DNA of 41,761 nucleotides from contig NC_068984.1 in NCBI RefSeq assembly GCF_001194135.2, positions 131,968,562 to 132,010,322 on the forward strand. The letters are read 5' to 3'. This DNA is from Octopus bimaculoides (Eukaryota). Both the position numbers and the translations under genes were made by a program. The notes under the pieces were generated by a model. It was not told the DNA's origin and did no database searches. It saw only the letters and a list, made by a program, of their open reading frames with translations. Below, one piece after another: positions 1 to 10,640 of the stretch (the stretch's first letter is position 1; the number at the start of each line of letters is the position of its first letter).

Positions 1-15
1 CTCCACAGGATTGAT

Positions 16-55
<40 letters not shown>

Positions 56-271
56 TTGGAATTTAAACATTATGTAATGCTATCAGCCCCAAGACAAAGT
101 ATGCAAATTAGTTCTTACTAGGTATCTATGGAAATTTATAATAACTGGTCTTCTTGAGTGTATTAATAGCATTAATGGTTATTGTGTATAACATTCAGAC
201 TACATTGAAAAGGCATGTCATGCAATGATGACATATTTATACCAAGGTTTTTAAGCTCCAAGATTCTGACA

Positions 272-430
272 TCTTATTTGTTTTAGTCAGACTGCGGCCA
301 TGCTGGGGCACTGCCTTGAAGAATTTTAGTTGAATGCATCAATCCCAATACTTGTCTTTTTAACTTGGGTACTTAAATCGCACACACACACACACACACA
401 CGACAGACTTCTTTCAGTTTCTGTCAAGAT
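272..430 (-). mobile_element. Internally deleted copy of the ~400-bp octopus-type tRNA-derived SINE with an internal microsatellite
   Basis: GACTGCGGCCATGCTGGGGCACTGCCTTGAAGAATTTTAGT and CTTCTTTCAGTTT blocks are shared with the copies at 11872-12200 and 35455-35820. Confidence 0.7.
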
Positions 431-964
431 GCTTTATATTCAAAAAACTATTCGTTCACTCGCCAATTTGGTCATGATGAGAGGTGTTCATAAATTGATG
501 TTCCATTGTATGTATTACATAAACTAGGTGAAAAATCCCCCACCAAGAACACTGTTTCTCATAACACTGAAAATGCAGATTTTTGAAACCAACTTATGAA
601 AGTAACATGAAAGTCACAGACAAGTTTCAATTTGATTAAACCTCCTCAGTGAAGTACATTCTATCAAGATGGCAAAACTAAGAATAATCAAAGTGTATAT
701 TGGAATAGAAGGAATGCATAAACACTGATTAGGAATATCAACAATATGGTTGAGGAAAATGCATTATGACATCCCTCTCTTACTGTGGGAAGAGTTGAAC
801 TATTTTGTCACCTAAAAAACCAAAATGATGTTTGTTTCAAAAAAGGAGCGAGTGATTGTGATTGATGGCTGGATGGGTGTAGGTATGTATGCATGCATAC
901 CATCAAACGGGATTGCAGTAATAGCAAGTGTCTAGACAAGATGACCTAGTTACTGTACAGCCTG

Positions 965-1183
965 GGTTGTTCATTGGTCTTTGACACCACTGTCACTAAT
1001 ACTCTTGGTGACAGCCAAATTTTGAAAGCTGCGATCCAAGATGAACAACCTAAAGTACATGCTGTTTGTTTTTAGATCCATATCTTTGAACTGGTGTTTC
1101 ACCACCAGTCCACCAAAAGTTTTTTTCCCAAAGGCAAAGAAAATTGTAGTGACCATGACTTATTGGTTTGGACAGAAAATTAA
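965..1183 (+). pseudogene. Decayed DDE (hAT-like) transposase fragment
   Basis: One frame reads GCSLVFDTTVTNTLGDSQILKAAIQDEQPKVHAVCF*IHIFELVFHHQ..., with an in-frame stop. It resembles the FDTTASNTG ... CRHHxxELV motif pair of invertebrate hAT-like transposases (recalled, not searched). Confidence 0.45.
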
Positions 1184-1269
1184 GTAATGCTTTGTGTGTC
1201 AGAAAAGAAGAGAAGAAAAAAGAAAAGAAAAGCATGATACCACAACCATATTTATTTTCAGATAAACAT

Positions 1270-1492
1270 CAATGGCCGTTGCCAGTACCGCCTGACTGGC
1301 CTTCGTGCGGGTGACACGTAAAAGCACCTACTACACTCTCTAAGTGGTTGGCGTTAGGAAGGGCATGCAGCTGTAGAAACTCTGCCAAATCAGATTGGAG
1401 CCTGGTGTAGCCATCTGGTTTCACCAGTCCTCAGTCAAATCGTCCAATCCATGCTAGCATGGAAAGCGGACGTTAAACGACGATGATGATGA
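1270..1492 (+). mobile_element. 5'-truncated retroposon 3' end (RTE-LINE-type tail) ending in (GAT)n
   Basis: Close homology to 37745-37966. Ends CCATGCTAGCATGGAAAGCGGACGTTAAACGACGATGATGATGAT. Confidence 0.85.
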
Positions 1493-1710
1493 TCTATATT
1501 GATGTCTTTGGTAATGTTAATCCTTCAACTGTTTCACAAGGCTTAAGTGGGGACCCTGGCAGTTAATAACTAAGACATTGTTCTGCATAGTCAGGGTTGA
1601 CCTGGAATTAAACAATGACCAAAGGCGTTTTAGCCATGACCATCCAAATTTTTTTTATCAAGCATTGTATTGTGTATCTAAAACTAGATTATTCAATGTC
1701 TTCCTTTTTA

Positions 1711-1780
1711 AGACAGCAGTGTGAAATTTAAGATTTAGCTGGTGTTTCTGCCATGTCAAGCGACCACGTAGATGTTTCCT
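1711..1780 (+). repeat. Fragment of a dispersed repeat (core GTGTGA.TTGAG.GAGATTTAGCTGCT...CTAGCA.GTC.AG); further copies at ~4779-4850, 13322-13385 and 19423-19497
   Basis: Four diverged same-orientation matches seen within the window; family not identified. Confidence 0.55.
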
Positions 1781-2069
1781 GTTGGTTTCAGTTTTCAGAA
1801 ATATTGGGGTGGGGGGTGTTCAGTAATCCACTGGATTGCTGAGTCACGTCACACACAACTGAAGCCATCGTTTTGAACGGTGTATGTGGTCATTGATGAG
1901 CTGCACTATCCATGTTGTGGCCGATTTACAGTGAAATTAATAGAACCATTGATAAATAAACGCCTTTGACAAGGATATGGTGCACTCCAGGATACAAGTT
2001 GTTTACTCTGATCGTTTGGCTTGCCACCCACTGACTCAACCTAACTGGTTTAGTTCGCTTTCGTAGTTA

Positions 2070-2439
2070 CAGTATTTTCAGGCATACTATGTAGTGCTAA
2101 ATGTTCAAACATCGTTGCTGCCGGTACTAATTAAAGCAGCGCGGACCCGAACGCGCAGTCGCGCGTCCGCGCTAGCTAGTCGTGAGTGGTCGATCCTAAC
2201 CCTAACCACGTATTCATTTGCACACGCGGGTTAGGGATAGGGATAGGGTTAGGATCGACCACTCAACACTAGCTTGCGCGGACGCGCGACTGCGCGTTCG
2301 GGTCCGCGCTGCTTTAGTAGTACCGTTGCTGCCTTTCACACGGAATTTTTGGTCCTCCAAAGTCGTCTTGGTGTAGACCTACCGATTTTGGTTGTAAATT
2401 TTGGTTTGAAAAATTCGACTTGTATGCCGGAAAATACAG
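2070..2439. mobile_element. Old Tc1/mariner (pogo/Tigger-like) MITE hosting the foldback insertion
   Basis: CAGTATTTTCAGGCATAC (2070-2087) and GTATGCCGGAAAATACAG (2422-2439) are inverted at 16/18 positions. TA precedes the left end; the right-hand TA is absent. Confidence 0.45.
2123..2324. mobile_element. 202-bp non-autonomous foldback DNA transposon (MITE, Mutator-like) with a 9-bp TSD
   Basis: Direct repeat GTTGCTGCC at 2114-2122 and 2325-2333. Ends GGTACTA.../...TAGTACC, with near-perfect ~85-bp inverted arms, CpG-rich. Inner ends are CCTAACCCTAACC and GGTTAGGGATAGGGATAGGGTTAGG. Confidence 0.9.
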
Positions 2440-2685
2440 AAAAATTGCTCTAGGTTCAAATTCAACCAAAATGAACCTACTGAATTTAGATTTAGAAATA
2501 AATCAGGGGTCGATGGGGAGCAGGGAGATAAAAAATGAAATGCCTGAGCAGTCAAGTGGACAAAACTAAAAGTAAACAGCAAACATTGTATGGTGGTGGT
2601 GAAGCATTAAAAATTAACCTTAGAGACAATTTTTGTGGATACATGACTGATAAAAGTTCTTACTTATAAACAATGGCACAGCGTT

Positions 2686-2746
2686 TAAGATTAGAAAAAC
2701 TTAAGACAGCGCGTGCGTATACACACACACACAACAGCGCAAGCAT

Positions 2747-2785
<39 letters not shown>

Positions 2786-3700
2786 NNNNNNNNNNNNNNN
2801 NNNNNNNNNNNNNNNNNNNNNNNNNNNNNNNNNNNNNNNNNNNNNNNNNNNNNNNNNNNNNNNNNNNNNNNNNNNNNNNNNNNNNNNNNNNNNNNNNNNN
2901 NNNNNNNNNNNNNNNNNNNNNNNNNNNNNNNNNNNNNNNNNNNNNNNNNNNNNNNNNNNNNNNNNNNNNNNNNNNNNNNNNNNNNNNNNNNNNNNNNNNN
3001 NNNNNNNNNNNNNNNNNNNNNNNNNNNNNNNNNNNNNNNNNNNNNNNNNNNNNNNNNNNNNNNNNNNNNNNNNNNNNNNNNNNNNNNNNNNNNNNNNNNN
3101 NNNNNNNNNNNNNNNNNNNNNNNNNNNNNNNNNNNNNNNNNNNNNNNNNNNNNNNNNNNNNNNNNNNNNNNNNNNNNNNNNNNNNNNNNNNNNNNNNNNN
3201 NNNNNNNNNNNNNNNNNNNNNNNNNNNNNNNNNNNNNNNNNNNNNNNNNNNNNNNNNNNNNNNNNNNNNNNNNNNNNNNNNNNNNNNNNNNNNNNNNNNN
3301 NNNNNNNNNNNNNNNNNNNNNNNNNNNNNNNNNNNNNNNNNNNNNNNNNNNNNNNNNNNNNNNNNNNNNNNNNNNNNNNNNNNNNNNNNNNNNNNNNNNN
3401 NNNNNNNNNNNNNNNNNNNNNNNNNNNNNNNNNNNNNNNNNNNNNNNNNNNNNNNNNNNNNNNNNNNNNNNNNNNNNNNNNNNNNNNNNNNNNNNNNNNN
3501 NNNNNNNNNNNNNNNNNNNNNNNNNNNNNCACACACACACACACACACACACAGAACCACGCAAGCGCACACACACACAGAACCACGCAAGTATACACAC
3601 ACACACACACATTAGAAAAACTTAAGACAGCGTGTGCGTATACACACACACAACAGCGCAAGCATGCACACACACACACACACACACGCAAGCACACACA
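2686..3700. repeat. Duplicated unit (TTAGAAAAACTTAAGACAGCG...CAGCGCAAGCATG(CA)n) on both sides of gap 2786-3529
   Basis: Nearly identical ~60-bp sequence at ~2691-2750 and ~3612-3670, embedded in (CA)n. Confidence 0.8.
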
Positions 3701-4497
3701 GAATCACGAACACACACAGCCACGTTCACACTCACAACACAAATACACACCCTACAGACACACCCAAGTAAGTTATGATGACGACACAGTAATTACTGTC
3801 CAATCAGAAACCACATCCTTATATTGCAATGGCGTGAAAAAGAATAAGAGATTCAATGAAACACTGAGAAAAGTCAACGTTGTTCACTAGAAATGTCAAC
3901 AGTACTATAATATTGCTGATTCAATCGTTTGTCGATAACGACGATAAAAATGTACACAGCTCTTGACTACAGCATGTCTATAAAATCTGTATGAACAAAT
4001 GAAAAATAAATAGACTAAGGAACGTTTCTTTACTCGTGATATGGGTCAATAAATAGCAACGTTAGTTTTGCTCTAATAGATCAAGGCTGGGCTTGTAAAC
4101 ACTTTTTTTTTTACAAGCAACTTCTCTAAGTAACTGGCTGAAGTAAAACAGTATCATATTGTCAGACAAACAAACATGAAGGATGGCGTGCGTGTTTACT
4201 GTACTACCATAACATAAAAAAACATCTATCATACGATATGTTATTGCACATTTGAAAAATGTTCAAGAGTTAAAGAACTGGATAGGAAAGTTCAAAAATA
4301 AAATAAAGTAGTTCCTTAAAATTGTGTTTTAAATGTAAAAAAATACATAACTAATTAAACACCTAAAATCAGAGAAATGTTAAAATAATTCCCTGCCACT
4401 GGCCTAGTGGGGTAACAATACATGCCACCCTAGAATTTAGAAATAAAAGTTTTCTAGTTCGAATCCAGTCTGGATTCTAATAAAATCACACCTGGTA

Positions 4498-4682
4498 ACG
4501 ATCGGAGGGGACAAACAAGGACAGACAAACGGATTAAGTAGATTATATCGACCCCAGTGCGTAACTGGTACTTATTTAATCGACCCCGAAAGAATGACAG
4601 GCAAAGTTGACCTCGGCGGAATTTGAACTCAGTACCTAGCGGCAGACGAAATACCGCTAAGCATTTCGCCCGGCGCGCTAAG
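4498..4682 (-). mobile_element. tRNA-derived SINE, family with the GCCTTTCATCCTTTCGGGGTCGATAAATTAAGTACCAG core
   Basis: Reverse complement matches 41396-41610 and 11655-11860, including the B-box-like GAGTTCAAATTCC. Confidence 0.85.
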
Positions 4683-7379
4683 ATTTAATATTAAAGGCGT
4701 TCCAATTGTAACCACTTCATCTGATAGTTTAGGTACAATATGTGTAGAATTACCTGATCTAATGTGTCCTTTTGTAAAACGGTAAGGTGTGCTTTGAGGG
4801 AGAGCTAGCTGCTATTATTAGCAAGTCAAAGACTACACAAAAAGCTTACCTATTCGATTCGACTGTCTGGCAAAGTACAACATAGCTAATAATGCAAACG
4901 ATTAATTTTAAAGTTAAATTGGGCCTTTTTTTGCTACTTTCTTTAGGGAAAAGTAGTAGTTCTCATAACCTTTCTAGCTATTTCCTACAAACCTGGATGA
5001 ATATGTACACCTGGAGGGGAGGAACTGTGGAACTTAAGAGACATTGTTTAATTCTCAAAAGACTGAATCATATAAAATCCAGACATCTTGTGAATAATTG
5101 CCGACGATAAACTGGTGTCCGCTCAAGATTTATTCTTCACCTGCTTAACACTCTTGGAGGCAACAGATAAATTTCACGATTAACTCCCATGATATTCATT
5201 GAAGTATCAAGTATAAAAGAATGCGAGCTTAAATGTAATACTATTCCATGCGGTTTCATTTCTCAATGCTGCCTGATCCGTTCCATTTACATGCTTCAGA
5301 ATCTCAGCAAAAAGCATGCAACTATCAGTGGGGAATACGAGTTCAGTCGGGTTGATTTTAACTTGACATGTACGCAAGATGAAGTCTTAAACGGTTCCAC
5401 CAACAAAGGGGAGATTTTTCGAGAGATGTAAGCCTGCCATATTGACATGCACTAATTCACTGCATGAAAGTGAAATCTTCAAAAGGTGCCTCACCGATTC
5501 GATATCTATCAAAACATCCATCTAAAAGGGCCAAGCCCAGTTTTCGCTTTGATGCACTAAATGTTAGGAATGCTTGCCGAATGTATAAGCATTCCACATT
5601 TCCATTGCTCTCACAGAAAATTACCCAAATCAAAACGGAACCTACTTTTTGCGGCAGAACTACAGTTCAATGACCCCTTCACCTAAAACTGTTTCCTCAT
5701 AATTTTCTGAAAAATGTATATATTTAAATTATATTTAGCCAAAATACATATTTCGAGAGCTTAGATTACGCAAATGTTAGTGTTTCAAGCGAGAAAGTCT
5801 ATTAAAAAGTGTAAAAACTGCAAAACTACGGAAATTTATGGAGACAAATCGGAGGGAATAGATGAATGATCTGATGCGAAATTCTAAACTGCTCAAAAAA
5901 ATAAAATAAACATTGCTTCCCCCACCACTACCTAAATTTTATCAACATAATCATAATGTACGGCCTCGAAAATATTTCCCTGCAAAATTTCATTTAAAAA
6001 TATGCATTTTTCAGAAAGTTACATGGAACCAAAAATCCGATTGAGGTGGGTACCATATTTTAGTTTTGCTTCTTCAGATATATTGACAAAACTAATCAAT
6101 AAGGAATTTCAGAAATGAATTTTACGACGGAAAATATACAATTTTTCTGGTCCCATTGAAAGAAGTAATAACCGGAGAAGTTGTTGTAAAAGATAGAAAA
6201 TTTAGAGACAACAAAAGAGAAGCAATAGTTTAAAAATTAGGACAAAAAGTAAAAGATAATGATTAACGTAATGAAGAAAATGAATATTAAGAGGTCTGAG
6301 AAATTAAGACACGAATATAATGTTGGGGGGGGGGGAACAGAAGATAAAAGAACGATACTACTCAAAGATAACTAAAGACTGAAGAGAGAAGTTATTAGAA
6401 CACAAGTTGTTTAGTTCCATTATCAAACCTTGTAGCTAAAGGCTTCCGCTATGAAACATCGCTCACCTACCAGACTGTATATTCGTCTACCATTATTCAA
6501 TGTATCATTTTAAGATTGAAAGGCATGATCCGAAAGAGATTTGACTGTTATTTCTAGAAGGTTGATAGACCACGTAAAGGCTTACTTGTTTCAACATTTT
6601 AAAAAGTAGATCGATTGATAAGCTACCATAAGATATAGGCGGAAAAAAAGTCATTCCTCTCCTTAAGCAAACACCACTCAACTGCTTCAATTGGTACCAA
6701 AATCTCTCTGTATCATGAAATTGCTCGCCATCCAACCTATCAAGGAATTACGTGAACCCTCTTACAGAATAATGTGTTACGTTTCAAGCATCGTAGATCA
6801 CGATTATGAAGAGGGAGAGACAAAAAAAAAATTATGAGAGGGATAAAGATCCTCACATACACACAATTTTATTATCTTTTAAAATCGACTTATATATTTT
6901 TGCAGAATCGCAATCTACGATACCTGAAACATACACATCCAAAGAGATTACAGTTTTGGGGAGCACAAGATAAATTCCCAACGCTATTGCATAGGAATGC
7001 CCAGTTCTTTCGAGCTGGCGTTGAATTCTACCAACAACAAAAATTGATGTAACACGTTCTTGTGTTTTTGAGGAGTGTGGAACCACCTCTTAGCTACTAT
7101 TCTTCTTAGGGTGTACTCTCACATAGAATAGAGACACCCGTTACGGTCCCAGTTACGAGTTAACTAGCGTATGTGATCACAGTCCATCTGAACGCGGAGC
7201 CGCAGAATTGACCTTGATTGGTGCCAAGTCGCGCAGTAAAATCACCAGGAATGAGGGACCCCTCACTGTTGTCAGAACATCCTTCTAGGAGAGAAACATT
7301 CTGACGTAAAATCTGCGGTTTCACGTGATTTATTGGTCATCTCACTTCGGCCTGTCACTAAGTACTAACCACGGAGACT

Positions 7380-7690
7380 CAGTGTGTTGTTCGTATTGTA
7401 CAAGCGTTCATCACTTATACTGCAATTAAGTACAGATGTCTCTTTATGGTGACCTCATTTGTCATTCCATCTACTGAAAAGTCCTAGCAACGGAAGAGTG
7501 ACAACGTCTACAGACCTAACCAGTTGGAGGTGCACAGTAAATTCCGACTATCGTCTCTCACCTAAGCTTCGAACTATGCAGTTCTGCAGCAGAACTGAAT
7601 AGTCATCTGAGAGGTCATGGGCGGAAAGTGAGAAGTGCCATTGACAATGAGGAAGTACAAGGAGAGGTGGCAATCATCTGTGAAGATGGA
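7380..7690 (+). pseudogene. Possible highly decayed C-terminus of an RTE-type LINE ORF2
   Basis: Short motifs QMSLYGDL (cf. KQILYGEL) and CSSAAELNSHLRGHGR (cf. the C-terminal GLxSHLRxH) occur in broken frames with stops. Weak. Confidence 0.25.
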
Positions 7691-7694
7691 GCAA

Positions 7695-7736
<42 letters not shown>

Positions 7737-7752
7737 TTGCTCCATCTTCACA
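7679..7752. repeat. Perfect 74-bp palindrome: 22-bp arm, (TA)15, 22-bp inverted arm
   Basis: TGTGAAGATGGAGCAACCATCA (7679-7700) and TGATGGTTGCTCCATCTTCACA (7731-7752) are exact reverse complements. Confidence 0.95.
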
Positions 7753-8799
7753 CACACACACACACAAACATATATCCCCGAAAGATTGGCGCGCGCGCGT
7801 GTACGTAATAGATAAATGAAAGAGAAAAATAGAGACGGAGAAAGACACACAGACGTGCCTAATTGTATGATGTTATGGTGTTTACCATTTTCGTCGGAGA
7901 TTCGTTATCAAACGCACAAACACAAAATGGGATCTTAGGTAAAATTCTGGAAGCTGTTTACACTTAAAAGAGAGCGAACACGTGACTCAGCCATATAGCA
8001 GCTGATGACTAACTGTAATAAGGCTTGAAATCGCGATACTACGATTGCTTATCACATACTCTGTGTCTCTATATCAGGCTTTCAGCTGAGAAATTCCTTC
8101 AGTGTGAGACTAAATATATTTACATACATCCATCCATGCGCTATGGTGGCTGCTTTCAGTAAAAATTTTTGCTGGTATTTGCTTACATCGTAAGTCTAGT
8201 CTTCACACTTCTTTCTCCAGAGATTAATTCGAACTAGCACTGATAAACCTGGATAAGAAGGCTGTCTGTCGATCACAACGAATACTATTTTCACATCTAT
8301 GGGACAGTACTGCTCTCTCTCTCTCTCTCTCACTCACCCACACACACGTCTGCATCCAAAATAAAAATAAAATAAAGATAGCCATTCAACGAATTCAAGC
8401 CCCAAAACGTTTAAAACACGTATGCACTGTTTCCCCTCTGCATGTTCTATCGCTATTACAATGGTCGCTACTCTTGAAAGTAGTTGTTTGTCTTCTCCAT
8501 TTAAGCATACCCTTTAAAAACGACCACGTTTTCTGACACGTTCACGCAGAACATCTAATGCATCAAGCTTATGTATGATGTCAGGTGGGGACTGCATTAC
8601 CTTTCCCCTCCTGATTATCGCATAGAAATTATTGTATAATTTGCCTACACCATTAAATCCTTAAAACAGTCCGTATATAATGAAGTTATCGCATGACCTC
8701 TGATACTGTAAATATACTCAAGTGAAGCGACTTGCTAACGATTTTGATGGTGTAACTTAGAATGATTTTATTCACGTTTATTTATCCGTTTATTCAAGC

Positions 8800-8945
8800 C
8801 AGTCGGAGGCAAATTGCGACCCGCAGGACTTTCTGAATGGTACATCTAACGAAAAATACTTTGAAGTTTTGTTAGTAGTGCGGCCCCCCTGATACTGAGC
8901 CAGGTTTCATGTGGCCCGCTTCTCGAAAAATGTTGCCGATGCCTG
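8800..8945. mobile_element. hAT (Charlie-like) MITE, diverged; inverted homologue of 18271-18465
   Basis: ATGTGGCCCGCTTCTCGAAAAATGTTGCCGATGCCTG is approximately the reverse complement of CAGGCATGGGTAACCGTTTTCGAGAAGCGGGCCGCAT. CAG...CTG termini; no clear TSD. Confidence 0.65.
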
Positions 8946-9639
8946 ATTTTATGCTTAAGTAATTTAGTTCTGTGTATAAATTATTCTTCAGATCGAATGT
9001 TTTATGGTTCTAAAGTGAAATCAGTCACAGGACCTCTTAGCCACAACGCTACAAATTTATAAAGTGGTAAATGAAATAATATATTCTCTACACAGACACA
9101 GACACACACACACACGCGACCTAATTGAAACGAACTGTTTCCAACTGGGAGTTTGCGGATTTCTCTTTAGCGCTCTTCAACTAAACAAATTGAGAAATAT
9201 AAGCAAATAAAATAAAAGCGTTCTTGCTTTTAGGGGAAAAAAAAAAGAAAAGCAAGAATACTATAGAAAAATATCGCAAGAAAAAAATCGAGGTAGATTT
9301 TTTTTTTTAACTTTCAACATGTTTATGAAGTGATGCAATCATCATCAGCAGCGGGGTTTAGGGTATGGTGGTTGGTGCAAAGCAGTGCCAACTGCAACAA
9401 CAGTTATTCCTCTCCCAACAACATCAGTAACAGCTGTTACTGCAAGAGCAGTTGCAGCATGCACACGTTTACAGTGATTTGTGTCATAAACAAGTTTCAC
9501 GAGGAAATCTTGCCTCAAGGCACGGTGCACTCACTGCAAAGCTGATAAAAAGAGGGTGGGGGCAGAAACGACCAATGCAGAGGCTGACTTGTAGAAATAA
9601 AGGTGTTATTGCTTGCAGCAGTCACATGACAGCAACAAG

Positions 9640-9860
9640 TAAATAACAGCAACAGTCACAATAACAGTCACAACAACGACCACGTCGGCGTTCGCAACAG
9701 CTGCAACAACAGCCACGATCGCAACAGCTGCAACAACAGCTACGATCGCAACACACTGCAATAACAGCAACAGCTGCAATAATAAATAACAGTCGCAACA
9801 GCTACAACAGCAGCAGCAGTCGCAACAGCTGCAATAATAGCAACAATCACAACGGCTGCA
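9640..9860. repeat. Degenerate CAA/CAG-based minisatellite with a 27-bp period
   Basis: TCGCAACAGCTGCAACAACAGC(C/T)ACGA repeated in tandem, decaying at both ends. Confidence 0.8.
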
Positions 9861-10374
9861 GTGATATTGAAATATCAGAGCTGTAGTTACAATAACAATA
9901 ATACCAAACCATCACCACCTGCATCTCTACACCTCGCCCAAACATATCTGATGCACATTTCTCTCTCTCTCTCTCCTATATCTGCAATATCTTCCCCTAC
10001 AAACCTCGTATTAGACATTCTACCAATCCAGTCCCAATACACTGAAACAGTGTAAAATTCTCTCTCTCACACACACACACTATTAACTAACAATCTTACA
10101 AGTTGTAAGCTTATCAACTTCAGCATGGGACTGCAGCAAAGGCTATCAGCGCTGGTCCTTTTTGCAGCAAAAGCTCCAAACCATAGACAAGTGGTTGCAG
10201 TAGATCGAATCAATCCTCAACTCATGACGAGGTCATAGGGTCACCGCCGTGCCCCATCAGTATTTTAAGCCTTTTAAACATGGTAAAGGGTATCTCTCCA
10301 GTTTGAGCATAGCCGATTTCTTCAATTTTTTCTTCTTGATAGATAGATGAATAAATAGATGGATAGAGATAGAG

Positions 10375-10640
10375 AAGAATCGACCCCAGTTGTGATATTT
10401 TATTTATCGATCCTGAAAGAATTAAAATGCCCAGTTGATTTCAGCAGGATTTGAACTCAAAGCGCAGAGAGCCGAGAATAATTACCGCAAAGCATTGTTT
10501 CTGACGCTCTGACTACTCTGCAAATTTACTGCCCTTTAAGTGATTCAGGAAGAATAAAAGGCAAAGTTGATTTTACCGGGATTTGAACTCAGAACATAAA
10601 GGGACAAAACTAAAGGCATTTTGTCCGACGCTCTTAACTA
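10375..10640 (-). mobile_element. Two tandem degenerate SINE fragments (same family as 4498-4682)
   Basis: ATCGACCCCAG...TATCGATCCTGAAAGAAT...GGATTTGAACTCA, followed by AAAGGCAAAGTTGA...GGGATTTGAACTCAGAAC. Confidence 0.7.

Noticed and set aside
2201-2252. TTAGGG-like repeats as a true telomere or chromosome-fusion scar
   Set aside because: Only a few degenerate units, and they are internal to a TSD-flanked transposon.
6834-7052. 72-aa ORF with a possible acceptor at TTTTTGCAG
   Set aside because: No homology recognised, antisense to IRS, and no convincing donor.
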